Of a stretch of DNA of 64,000 nt, positions 8,265 through 16,629 are shown piece by piece. Position 1 is the stretch's first letter. The number at the start of each line of letters is the position of its first letter. Where the stretch lies: the IMG/VR virus record IMGVR_UViG_3300027985_000843, positions 62,001 to 126,000 of that record. One strand, 5' to 3'. Both the position numbers and the translations under genes were made by a program. The notes under the pieces are model-generated. The model saw nothing but the letters and a program-made list of their open reading frames with translations, did not search any database and was not told the DNA's origin.

Positions 8265-9272
8265 TCACTGAAGAAGGCGCCACTTCAGATAGCGAAGACG
8301 ATCCCTGATCGACAGCTTGCTGCCGTACTTCTTGCCCGTCAGCTCATAGTGTTCGACCACTCGACGAATCAGCGTGTGGGGCTGAGGGTCTTTGGGGTCG
8401 AGCTTGCCGGCGAAGCCCGCTGCCTTCGTGTGGCCTCCCCCGCCGTGGACCTTGGCGAAGCTGGCACAGTCGAAGAACGTGTGGCTGCGAGTCGAAAAGA
8501 CGATCGAGGGCTCCCCGTCGATCATGAAGATGTTGAAGCCGACCAGCAGGTCCACGTTGGTGTCCAGATACTCGGCCGTGTCGCTGGTCAGCTTGACTCC
8601 CTCGATGACCGCAACGCGAGTGCCGCTGGACGTAGTGAACCGCCACGCATCGTCGCCCTTCTTCTTCGCTGTCTTGAGCTTGCGTTCGAGAAGGATGGGG
8701 CCGATCTCCAGCTTGGCGTCCAGATCGCGCAAGGACTTGTGCGAATCCCACGGCCAGAAGTCGATGGCCTCGGAGACCTCTCGGGCCTCGTGCCATCTCT
8801 CGTGCTTGTTCTGCCAAGTGTCTCTGATGCCGATGAGGGTTGCGAAGTCTTGGATCTTGTCGATGTCGGGGGTGTTGGGAACCGTCTTGCCGTAGCTCTC
8901 CATGAGCGGCTTGAAGACCTCTCTGAACACGAGCAGGGCCCCGCATACGCCTGGATCTTTCTTCTCGTCGCCGAAGACGCCGTTCTCGCCGAAGGCTTCC
9001 ACGACTCCCTGTTGTGTCTTGTGGTGGTCCAGCACGACAGCCCCCATGCCGATGAAGTCGTCGACCTGATCCTCGTGTGGAGAGAAGTCCGCGAAGATGG
9101 TGCCGGGTTCCACCGGTAGCGTCTGATGTTGCCTCGTCTTGTACTGCACGAAGGACACCTTCGCGTTCGGCAGGCAGTGCTTCAGCAGAAGCGCACTCGC
9201 GGTGCCGTCGGAGCAGTTGTCGTGGACCACGATGTGGTTGATGTGGCTAATCTTGTCGAGCGGGATAGGCAT
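8265..9272 (-). CDS. DHH/DHHA1 family phosphoesterase (NrnA/NrnB-like)
   Basis: HDNCSDG, DFS, LDHH, GGGGHTKAAGF motifs. Confidence 0.9.
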   Translation of the reverse strand: MPIPLDKISHINHIVVHDNCSDGTASALLLKHCLPNAKVSFVQYKTRQHQTLPVEPGTIFADFSPHEDQVDDFIGMGAVVLDHHKTQQGVVEAFGENGVFGDEKKDPGVCGALLVFREVFKPLMESYGKTVPNTPDIDKIQDFATLIGIRDTWQNKHERWHEAREVSEAIDFWPWDSHKSLRDLDAKLEIGPILLERKLKTAKKKGDDAWRFTTSSGTRVAVIEGVKLTSDTAEYLDTNVDLLVGFNIFMIDGEPSIVFSTRSHTFFDCASFAKVHGGGGHTKAAGFAGKLDPKDPQPHTLIRRVVEHYELTGKKYGSKLSIRDRLRYLKWRLLQ

Positions 9273-9970
9273 CAGCTTACTCCAAGAGTTCGTTGCTTGG
9301 CTCGGATCGTGTCGAACACCGAGTTGCGCAGTTTGGGGTCAAGAATCTTGTCGAGGGCCGTTCGGTTCTCGGCGTACCACTCCGACAGTTCCGAGTGGCT
9401 CGTCATGTTGTTGATCTTGACGATGTATGCTTTGACGAAGTCGTATTCGTGAACAGCCGTAGGCTGAAGCTGCTCGAAGGACTTCGCGGTGTCACTCTTG
9501 GTGGCGTCTGAAACTTCCGAGACCTTCGAGGAGATTTCGAAGGTCTGCCGGCCCATGTCCAACGCTTGATCCAGGGCATTGCGTGCCTGGGTTGCTTGTT
9601 CGAGGTTGCCCCCGAAGTATCCGTCAAGGATGAGCCGCAAGGCGTCGAACGCCGCCATGAAGACGGTAAGCTGCGCCTGCGTCTTCATGTTCGGGATCTG
9701 CTCTGCCAGCATCCGGAGCATCTGCCGCTCTTGGGCGTTCTGTCCGAACTCGGGCATGGGAGGGCTGTCCGTCTTGCTCGACTGCTCACCCCGCATGGCA
9801 GCGAAGTCGAAGTCGGGGAACGCTCGTCTGAGCAGCTCCTCGCCTTCCTTCGAGCCCAGAAATCGCTCCGCGATGTTCTGGACTGCCTTGTTGTAAGCCT
9901 CTTCCCCTTGCGTGTGTTTGATTTTGAGAAGCTCGTCCGCTGTCTTTTTCAAGACATCTTCTAGTCCCAT
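9272..9970 (-). CDS. Hypothetical helical protein
   Basis: Start moved to ATG 9970 (TGATG overlap with the upstream gene). Confidence 0.7.
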   Translation of the reverse strand: MGLEDVLKKTADELLKIKHTQGEEAYNKAVQNIAERFLGSKEGEELLRRAFPDFDFAAMRGEQSSKTDSPPMPEFGQNAQERQMLRMLAEQIPNMKTQAQLTVFMAAFDALRLILDGYFGGNLEQATQARNALDQALDMGRQTFEISSKVSEVSDATKSDTAKSFEQLQPTAVHEYDFVKAYIVKINNMTSHSELSEWYAENRTALDKILDPKLRNSVFDTIRAKQRTLGVS

Positions 9971-10260
9971 CACGACCTCGGTTTGCTGGCGTTTTTGATG
10001 AGCCACGAGTGGTACCTGTCCGCTCGCTCCTCCGCATCAGTTACACCGAGACGCCGCAAACCCCCCTCGAAAATTCCTCGAACTAGCGCAGGTGCCGCAA
10101 CAGGATCCGACATCGTTCGCCAACACGGCATGCAGTAGTCGAGCTTGTCTGGAGGCTCCTGCCCTTGACTACTGATGGTTTGCTTTTCCTTCTCCGTGAG
10201 CGTTATCGTGTGGATGCTGGCCTCGTCGAAGTCTCTGTGGCACATGCAGCAAGTCACCAT
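9970..10260 (-). CDS. Small zinc-ribbon-like protein
   Basis: CCMC ... CMPC. Start reassigned to ATG 10260. Confidence 0.65.
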   Translation of the reverse strand: MVTCCMCHRDFDEASIHTITLTEKEKQTISSQGQEPPDKLDYCMPCWRTMSDPVAAPALVRGIFEGGLRRLGVTDAEERADRYHSWLIKNASKPRS

Positions 10261-10832
10261 GGCAGCTCCCTGTGGAGGTCTTGTAGGTCCAGACCTCCAT
10301 CGATCTTCTCGCCAAGCAAGACAGCACATGCCATGGGGAAGTAGGCTTGTGCTGAGCCGAAGCGCTTCATGAGACGCTTCTCGGATGCCATCATCTCCAG
10401 GACCTCCGCCCGGGACACAAGCGTGCTCTCGTTGAATCGGTGCGGGTGGCAGTCCCGAGGGTTACCTCGCGAGAAGGTCGCCCGGCAGTGGGTGGGCCGG
10501 TTGTCGTAGGAGCGACACAGCCCGTCATCCCCGAGAAGGGGGCAGGGTCGGTTGCTCAGCATCCACACGGCCACGCTCTGTCCCCAGGTAGCCCTTGCAG
10601 CCTCCTGGAACTTGGTCCTGAGCCTCGTCGTCCAGAGCCCCTCTTCGTGCAACCCCTGATAGATCAGGAGCCCTTCCAGCAAAGAGATGTAGAGGGGGTA
10701 GTGGCAGCAGTGGTTGCACCCCTTCTTGCAGCTCACCCGGCCTTCCTTCAGCACCTTCAGGCGGAAGTCCACGGTGACCTTGGATCTCTCCGCACGGAGC
10801 TGCCGCACGGCCTGGGTCATGGCATCGTCCAC
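10254..10832 (-). CDS. YkgJ-family cysteine-cluster (Zn/Fe-chelating) protein
   Basis: CKKGCNHCC ... CPLL ... LCRSYDNRPTHCR. Confidence 0.85.
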   Translation of the reverse strand: MDDAMTQAVRQLRAERSKVTVDFRLKVLKEGRVSCKKGCNHCCHYPLYISLLEGLLIYQGLHEEGLWTTRLRTKFQEAARATWGQSVAVWMLSNRPCPLLGDDGLCRSYDNRPTHCRATFSRGNPRDCHPHRFNESTLVSRAEVLEMMASEKRLMKRFGSAQAYFPMACAVLLGEKIDGGLDLQDLHRELPW

Positions 10833-10835
10833 GCG

Positions 10836-11336
10836 TCAGTCCTCCATGTCAAAGTCGAAGTCATCGTCTGACGACAGCCGGCCGTACGCGGTCTTGGGAC
10901 GGCGGGGCCGATAAGGCTTCTCTGCCAGCCTCTTCCGATCCTTGGTGTTCATGAACGAGAATTTGACCTTCGCCTTGCTTACGCCCCTCTCGTGGTGAAT
11001 GAGGAGAATTTCACCCGGTCGAAGGCGTAACGCAGGGTTGAAGAAGATCGAGCCCCCGCTGCTGATCATGCCGCTCGGGACCCAATCGTCCAGGGGCTTG
11101 GTCATCTCCCCGTTGCGGGAGATGTTGAGGATGCGCCCCTTCGAGGCCCGCATCGGAAGGGCCATGAACGGCCAGTCCTGCGGAGTGTGTACCACCCGAA
11201 CACCGTCGACAGGCGTGTCTGGGACTTCGATCTTGGACCCCGACCAACTCGCCAGAGTGAGGGTCCTGTACTCGGAGCTGTGGAACGTGACCTTCCACAG
11301 CTGGCCGTCCGTCCAGACAATGTCGCCCAGCTTCAT
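10836..11336 (-). CDS. Hypothetical protein
   Basis: ATG 11336 lies 10 nt after GGTGTA; acidic C-terminus. Confidence 0.7.
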   Translation of the reverse strand: MKLGDIVWTDGQLWKVTFHSSEYRTLTLASWSGSKIEVPDTPVDGVRVVHTPQDWPFMALPMRASKGRILNISRNGEMTKPLDDWVPSGMISSGGSIFFNPALRLRPGEILLIHHERGVSKAKVKFSFMNTKDRKRLAEKPYRPRRPKTAYGRLSSDDDFDFDMED

Positions 11337-11346
11337 GCGGGCAGTA

Positions 11347-11352
11347 TACACC
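11347..11352 (-). promoter_or_regulatory. Class A motif (TGGTG-TATACT)
   Basis: 10 nt upstream of ATG 11336. Confidence 0.7.
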
Positions 11353-11354
11353 AA

Positions 11355-12569
11355 TCAGCTAGCAGCCTGGAACGGGTTGCCCTCTACGCCAGGGTCGCCG
11401 GTCAGGTCCACTCCGTAACGCTTCAGCTGCTCGCGCATGGCAACGTCGACCGTGGGGGACTTGCCCTTCGTGGCCGTCAGGATAGACTTCTTCACGCGGT
11501 ACACGCCGCGTGTCTCCGTTCGCTCGAAGGTCTCAGGCGTGTTCGTCGACAGGCAGTGCGAGACAGCCTCACGCGGATTCGAAGAGGTGGGCAGCCACTT
11601 CTTTTCCGTCAGACGCTCGACAATCTCGGGGGCACTCAGCGCATCCTTGCCCATTACACCGACGATCGCCACACGAAGGATCGGACGCCTGCCGTTGCCG
11701 GGATAGTCCGCCTCGTTGACCTTCTTGACCTTCTCAGCCTTCGGAGGGGCCGCCTTCTTCTCGGCCTTCGGGGGCTTCTCGGCCTTCGGCTTCGGAGCTG
11801 CCTTAGCCTTCGGAGGGGGCGCCGCCTTCGGCTTCTCAGCCTTCGGGGCCTTGGCTTTCGGAGCTGCCTTCGGCTTCTCAACCTTCGGGGCTGCCTTGGC
11901 CCGTGCCTTGGGGAACTGCGCGTTCGGCGACACCCGGTACTTACCGGTGGACATCCGCTCGAAAATCCTCGGGGTGTACTTCGACAAGTATGAACCAATG
12001 TAGGCGTTGAGGTCGGCGTTCTCCGGTTCCAGCCCGGTATCCTTCAGACGCGTCGCGACCTCCGACGCAAGCAGCGTGTCAGCACCCGTGACGAAGACCA
12101 TACGTTCCCACAAGGGGTTGTCCTTCGTCACCGGGATGGCTTTTTTCATCTCGGGCTCCACCTCGGTCTCCGGCGCCTTTGTCTCCTTGGGCTCTTCCGG
12201 TGCGGGTGCTGCCTTGGCCTTGGGCTCTTCGGGCTCCGGCTTCTTGGCCTCTTCCGGCTTCACCTTGGTCTTGGGAGTCTCCACCTTGGTCTTGGGAGTC
12301 TCAACTTCCGGTTCGCAGTTGGTGACAACGATTTCTGGCTCGTAGTCAGAATCGAGTGCCTGACCCTCGGAGATATCGGGGATGTCCAGGGTCCCCTCGA
12401 CCTTCATGAGCTGAGAGTCGATGGCGCTCCGTTCGGCTTGCCGACGGGAGATCTTCTTGTGCTTCTTGGCGATCTTCTGCAACAGGCGTTCGATTTCCTT
12501 GCGGTCCTCTTCGTCTGCCTTGTTGAGAGAATCACGTCGCTGGATGGCCTCGAAAATGGTGATGTTCAT
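11355..12569 (-). CDS. Histone H1-like Lys/Ala/Pro-rich protein with two winged-helix-like domains
   Basis: GAGGAG SD; two related blocks ending IFERMSTGKYRV and TFERTETRGVYRV, separated by KAAPK repeats. Confidence 0.75.
   Translation of the reverse strand: MNITIFEAIQRRDSLNKADEEDRKEIERLLQKIAKKHKKISRRQAERSAIDSQLMKVEGTLDIPDISEGQALDSDYEPEIVVTNCEPEVETPKTKVETPKTKVKPEEAKKPEPEEPKAKAAPAPEEPKETKAPETEVEPEMKKAIPVTKDNPLWERMVFVTGADTLLASEVATRLKDTGLEPENADLNAYIGSYLSKYTPRIFERMSTGKYRVSPNAQFPKARAKAAPKVEKPKAAPKAKAPKAEKPKAAPPPKAKAAPKPKAEKPPKAEKKAAPPKAEKVKKVNEADYPGNGRRPILRVAIVGVMGKDALSAPEIVERLTEKKWLPTSSNPREAVSHCLSTNTPETFERTETRGVYRVKKSILTATKGKSPTVDVAMREQLKRYGVDLTGDPGVEGNPFQAAS
11716..11910 (-). repeat. Low-complexity coding repeats (PKA/KAAP/KAEK)
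   Basis: Recurrent gccttcgg/ttcggagc units encoding PKAEKPKAAPPPKAK... Confidence 0.85.
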
Positions 12570-12619
12570 CTTGATCTCCTCTACATGTCTGGCGAGCTTG
12601 CCCCGTCCAAGGGGAGAGG

Positions 12620-12952
12620 TTAGGACCCTTTCGGGTGCTTTTCAACCCCTAAGTTGTCGACCACTACCAGCTGTTTCCTCGAAATGTCCACTGACCGCAC
12701 GTTTCGGTAGAAGCACTTTTTTAGCTGAAAACAAGTAGCTACCACATTTGGACCGGCCTTTAACCCGTCGCAGGACTGGCACTTGACCGAACCAAAGTTT
12801 GTTTGAAATCGAGCTTCCGCTGACTCCTGAACCAGGGAACGGGTAAGCCTCAGTATGTCCTGGACAAGTTTCCATACCTTACCCGGGTCAGGCTTGCGGA
12901 AGGCTTCGACGAATTGAAGCTCCAACTCGTCTAGGTCTTCTGGGGTGACAAC
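12620..12952 (-). CDS. Probable Cys-containing protein with no clear start codon (possible frameshift fusion to 12931..13179)
   Basis: The 3' part of ORF 12620..13231 reads as protein (…KCQSCDG…TCFQLKKCFY…). The 5' part is a shadow of real genes. Confidence 0.45.
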   Translation of the reverse strand, partial: VVTPEDLDELELQFVEAFRKPDPGKVWKLVQDILRLTRSLVQESAEARFQTNFGSVKCQSCDGLKAGPNVVATCFQLKKCFYRNVRSVDISRKQLVVVDNLGVEKHPKGS

Positions 12953-13179
12953 TCGCGGTCCAGGTCGACCTCGGAGACGATGTTCATCCGCTTGAGGGTC
13001 TGGGCCACCCGGTTGTCCTTGATGGCCTGTTCGAGCATCCGTACCCGCCGCAGGTCCCCGTTGGCCCTTGCCTGCTCGATCACCTTCATCGCCAGCTTGT
13101 GCCAGTCCGTGGGCGAGCTGGCCGTCTTGTTCTTGGCGGCCTGTTTCTGTACCGCCAGCCGTGTCCTTGCCATGGTCAA
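12931..13179 (-). CDS. Small basic hypothetical protein
   Basis: ATGA overlap with the upstream gene. Confidence 0.7.
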   Translation of the reverse strand: MTMARTRLAVQKQAAKNKTASSPTDWHKLAMKVIEQARANGDLRRVRMLEQAIKDNRVAQTLKRMNIVSEVDLDRELSPQKT

Positions 13180-13568
13180 GTCCCTTCATCGCCAGCCGTT
13201 TCGAGCACTTCAGGCACCGCTTCTTGAGCAAATGCCCGTATCTCCCTGGTCACACTTGCTGCTGTCCGGTTGATTGTGTCCTCGCTCAGAAGCTTGGCAA
13301 ACAACAGATGGGTCAGGCGGTGTTGGATCTCCTGACCTTGCTTGAGGGTCTCTACCTCAGCATTCAGCGTCTCCATGTCGGCCACCATGGCCGCCATCAA
13401 CCTGTGGGCCTCTTGGATGTCGGACTGCACTGACGTCAAGACAGGGAGAATGTTCTCCATCCCCTGTAGTTGTTTCAGTGCCTGGATGGCCGTGCTCAAG
13501 TTGCTGCTCGCCTTGGCGACCTTGGCCTTGGCCTTGGGCAGCGGAGGCCACTTCTTCTTCGTCTTCAT
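13176..13568 (-). CDS. Coiled-coil hypothetical protein
   Basis: Heptad-like helical composition. Confidence 0.7.
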   Translation of the reverse strand: MKTKKKWPPLPKAKAKVAKASSNLSTAIQALKQLQGMENILPVLTSVQSDIQEAHRLMAAMVADMETLNAEVETLKQGQEIQHRLTHLLFAKLLSEDTINRTAASVTREIRAFAQEAVPEVLETAGDEGT

Positions 13569-13609
13569 CTGTTGCTACTACGCTCGGGGTTGAGAACAGT
13601 TCGGAAGAA

Positions 13610-13969
13610 TCATCCGTTCCAGGGCATCTTGCCCTTGAATTGCGTGTAGAACGGAATGCTCTCAGAGTTGCGGTTGATCTCGGTCTGCATTTGGTCGCCT
13701 GGCCGGTCGGTCGGCAACCGAGGGGTCTTGGCCGCGAGGTTGATCAGGTAGGGGTCGCTCGTCACCCGGCACAGGTCCACTCGGGCCCGTTCGCTGCGTT
13801 GAAGCGAGTAGATGACCTGCTCCTCGCTCAGGGTGTCGAGGAGGCACACGCCGCCCTCTCCGTTCTCGTCCGCACCCTCGACCCATACGTTGTTCGCACG
13901 GTCTCGGTCGCAGTATGTCGTTCGGGCGGTGACTTCTTCGGTGGTGTCGTCGCTGCTACAGATCGTCAT
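13610..13969 (-). CDS. Hypothetical protein
   Basis: ATG 13969 in ATGA overlap with the upstream stop. Confidence 0.6.
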   Translation of the reverse strand: MTICSSDDTTEEVTARTTYCDRDRANNVWVEGADENGEGGVCLLDTLSEEQVIYSLQRSERARVDLCRVTSDPYLINLAAKTPRLPTDRPGDQMQTEINRNSESIPFYTQFKGKMPWNG

Positions 13970-14253
13970 GTGTTCACCCAATCCGCTCGGAATACCAACA
14001 TCTTGTCGGCTTCACTCGTGGCGGTCAAATGAACGCGGATGTAAAGATGATCTTCGAACCGACGGACCGCATACCTCTGCACGGAGAACTTGCACACGCG
14101 CGTGCCCTTCACGTGAGACATGAGCTTCCGAACGAAGTCGTTGGAATTTTCAGTGGGGATGGCGTCCACGGCCTCTTGTTCGGTGAAGTCCTCGGAGTCA
14201 CCTGGTTCCAAGCCCCCAAACAGAGCCGTCAACATGTGTCCCTGATCACTCAT
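13966..14253 (-). CDS. Hypothetical protein
   Basis: ATG 14253 in ATGA overlap with the DUF1848 stop. Confidence 0.65.
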   Translation of the reverse strand: MSDQGHMLTALFGGLEPGDSEDFTEQEAVDAIPTENSNDFVRKLMSHVKGTRVCKFSVQRYAVRRFEDHLYIRVHLTATSEADKMLVFRADWVNT

Positions 14254-15071
14254 GGTAGCACCCACAACCCCTTGGTGGTGTTCTTCTTGGCCGGGGCCAG
14301 CGACTTGTCCGCTGCGTAGCAGTATTTGCAGCCCATGACGCACGCCTCGTTGACCGTAAACGGGTCAACAGCATGAGCACAACCACAGGCTTCGTGAGAA
14401 ACGCCCTCTCCCTGGAAGCGGCGGCCGTCCTCACACACACCGTACCTGAGATTGACCGGCCGTGGAAGCCTGAAGTTGTCGAGAGTGCGATCTTCGTTGC
14501 ACACGAGAACCTTCAGCCCCCGCGCCTGTTCGGCCATCCGCTGCAAGAGCCTCTGACGGGTCGGTAGAGACCTCTTCTCGGGCAGCAGGTCGTTGTCCTG
14601 GAGGAAGGCCACGTAGACGCTCCTGACCCCAATAGATTCGACCCGAGAGGCTATCTTGGCGAACCTGTCAACCACGTCCTCCACAACGGGCACTGGACTG
14701 AATCGCCAAGTGATGTTCTCCGCCCCGAACTTGTCCACAGCCCGACCCATGAGATCCAAGCTCTGATCCAGACCCGGTGCTCCGATCTCGACCTCCTCCC
14801 ACCCTGTGATGGTCATGTGGATAACCAATGGGTAGGGTTTGAGCAGGTCCGCGTTCTTGATGAGAGTGATGGGCTTGCGGCTCCAGAAGATCAAGCCCAG
14901 GGTGTCCTCGGGGGCGAGAGACCATCGGCTCGGAACCGCAGTTCGGGGGTCGAAGGCCGCCATCCACCCCTGCTGAAGCTGGGCTCGGAACCACGGCCAT
15001 TTGGCGGCAGGCAGGTCAGTCCACCGCGACAATGAGTAGGGTAATCCTTCGGCTTTTCCGCTACGAATCAT
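14250..15071 (-). CDS. DUF1848 family protein (radical-SAM-like C-terminal Cys cluster)
   Basis: SLSRWTDLPA..W..F, IFWSRKP, MTITG, WRFSPV, CGC...C..GCKYCYA. Confidence 0.8.
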   Translation of the reverse strand: MIRSGKAEGLPYSLSRWTDLPAAKWPWFRAQLQQGWMAAFDPRTAVPSRWSLAPEDTLGLIFWSRKPITLIKNADLLKPYPLVIHMTITGWEEVEIGAPGLDQSLDLMGRAVDKFGAENITWRFSPVPVVEDVVDRFAKIASRVESIGVRSVYVAFLQDNDLLPEKRSLPTRQRLLQRMAEQARGLKVLVCNEDRTLDNFRLPRPVNLRYGVCEDGRRFQGEGVSHEACGCAHAVDPFTVNEACVMGCKYCYAADKSLAPAKKNTTKGLWVLP

Positions 15072-15082
15072 TGGGTTGATCT

Positions 15083-15088
15083 TACACC
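15083..15088 (-). promoter_or_regulatory. Class A motif (CGGTG-TAAGAT)
   Basis: 11 nt upstream of ATG 15071. Confidence 0.7.
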
Positions 15089-15118
15089 GGCAAGACCAAC
15101 CGCAAGCTCGGGAAACGC

Positions 15119-16396
15119 CTACCCTTGAGAAGCCACTCGCTTCTCGGTGGCCTCACCGCCACCCTTGTACTTGATGATGGGGGGCTGCTTGTCCGTGACG
15201 GTGTCCTTCGTCACGGTGATGGATTCCACGTTGGATCGTTTGCCTGCATACTCGAAGGTGAGCGGGATCGTGATGTCCTCCACCACGCTTCGCAAGGCCC
15301 GCGCCCCCGTGGGCTTGCTCATCACCTTCCGCGCGATGGCTTGCAGAGCCTCTTCCTCGAACGTCAGCTGGATACCGTCCATGCTGAACAGGGCGATCAA
15401 CTGTTTGATCAAGGCGTGCTTTGGCTGAGTGAGGATCTGGACGAGCTGCTCTTCCGTGAGGGGGAGAGTCGTGGTCATGATGGGCAGGCGCCCCTTCAAT
15501 TCGGGGATGATTCCGAATTCCAGGATGTCGTCCTCTTCCGCCAACTCGTAGACGTCTGTCTTCGTGAGTTCACGCTTCGCCTGTGCGACGCCGAACCCCA
15601 TTTTGCTGCCCTTGTTTATCCGCTGTTTGACGATGTCATCCAAACCACCCTCGAAGGACCCGAGGCAGATGAACAGGACGTTGGAGGTATCGAACATCGT
15701 GGTCGGCTGGTCGACGGACACCATGCGGGAGGTCCCGAGCGGGAGGTTGACCCTGCTCCCCTCGACCAGCTTGAGCAACGCCTGTTGAACGCCTTCCCCG
15801 GTAACGTCACGGAATCCAGAAGCTCCGCGCCCCGACTTGCGGGCAATCTTGTCGATCTCATCGATGACACACACACCCCACTGAGCCTTCTCGGTGTCAC
15901 CGCCGGCCGCCGCGACGAGCCCTTGAAGGATGGACTCGACGTCATCCCCGACGTAGCCCGTTTGGGTGAGCTTGTTGGCATCGGCGACATGCATGGGCAC
16001 GCCTAGCATGTCGGTGAAAGCACGGATGACCTCCGTCTTTCCCGAACCCGATGGGCCCAGGATCAGGATGTTGCTCTTGTCTATCCGAACATGGTCCCCG
16101 CCGCCTCCCTGCCGGAAATACTCTCGGCGAAGATAGTGCCGGTACACAGCCACGGCGACGTCTCGCTTGAGTTTTTCCTGACCGATGACATGCTCGTCGA
16201 GGAATGCTTTGATCTCTTTCGGCGGGAGGAGAGGCTTCTCGGCTTCCTCGTGCACGTGCTCCTTCGCGTCCTTGTACAACGTCTCGTGCACCAAGTCGCT
16301 GCACCGGTTGCAGATGAAGGGGCCGCCCTCGTTGCCAATGAGGGTCTTGACTTCGTTTTCGGGTCGCTTGCAAAAACTGCACTGTCGCTTGGGCAT
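15119..16396 (-). CDS. clpX: ATP-dependent Clp protease ATP-binding subunit ClpX
   Basis: N-terminal CSFC..ICNRC zinc domain, GPSGSGKT, GYVG, IDEIDKI, GEGVQQALLK, GARALR. ATG 16396. Confidence 0.95.
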   Translation of the reverse strand: MPKRQCSFCKRPENEVKTLIGNEGGPFICNRCSDLVHETLYKDAKEHVHEEAEKPLLPPKEIKAFLDEHVIGQEKLKRDVAVAVYRHYLRREYFRQGGGGDHVRIDKSNILILGPSGSGKTEVIRAFTDMLGVPMHVADANKLTQTGYVGDDVESILQGLVAAAGGDTEKAQWGVCVIDEIDKIARKSGRGASGFRDVTGEGVQQALLKLVEGSRVNLPLGTSRMVSVDQPTTMFDTSNVLFICLGSFEGGLDDIVKQRINKGSKMGFGVAQAKRELTKTDVYELAEEDDILEFGIIPELKGRLPIMTTTLPLTEEQLVQILTQPKHALIKQLIALFSMDGIQLTFEEEALQAIARKVMSKPTGARALRSVVEDITIPLTFEYAGKRSNVESITVTKDTVTDKQPPIIKYKGGGEATEKRVASQG

Positions 16397-16398
16397 GC

Positions 16399-16629
16399 CT
16401 AGCCTATACACCGATCGCAGGCGGAAAGCTTCAAATCCTCTATCTTTTCGCCTGTATGACAAGGACACACCAGCACGTATTCCTTCTGCCACGAACCCGA
16501 AGCGATCCGCCAACCCTCGGCCTGAAGGACCTTCTTGGCCTCACCGAAGGTATCGGAGTCAGTTTCGAAGTAGAGGGGCTGAAGGTATTGGCAGCCTTCG
16601 ACGTCGCACACGGCATTGAAGAAAATCAC
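16399..16629 (-). CDS. Small Cys-rich protein
   Basis: GTG 16629 overlaps the nitrilase stop (GTGA); CDVEGC..CPC..CDRC. Confidence 0.6.
   Translation of the reverse strand: MIFFNAVCDVEGCQYLQPLYFETDSDTFGEAKKVLQAEGWRIASGSWQKEYVLVCPCHTGEKIEDLKLSACDRCIG
16407..16412 (-). promoter_or_regulatory. Class A motif (CGGTG-TATAGG)
   Basis: 10 nt upstream of clpX ATG 16396. Confidence 0.7.

Noticed and set aside
10041-10047. GGTGTA match inside gene 9970..10260 (and GGTGTAC matches in tail genes)
   Set aside because: Explained by Gly-Val or Val-Tyr codons; there is no real start codon at the N10-13 spacing.
11716-11910. CRISPR-like or non-coding tandem repeat array
   Set aside because: The repeats are in frame, irregular and encode KAAPK peptides; there is no constant repeat-spacer period.
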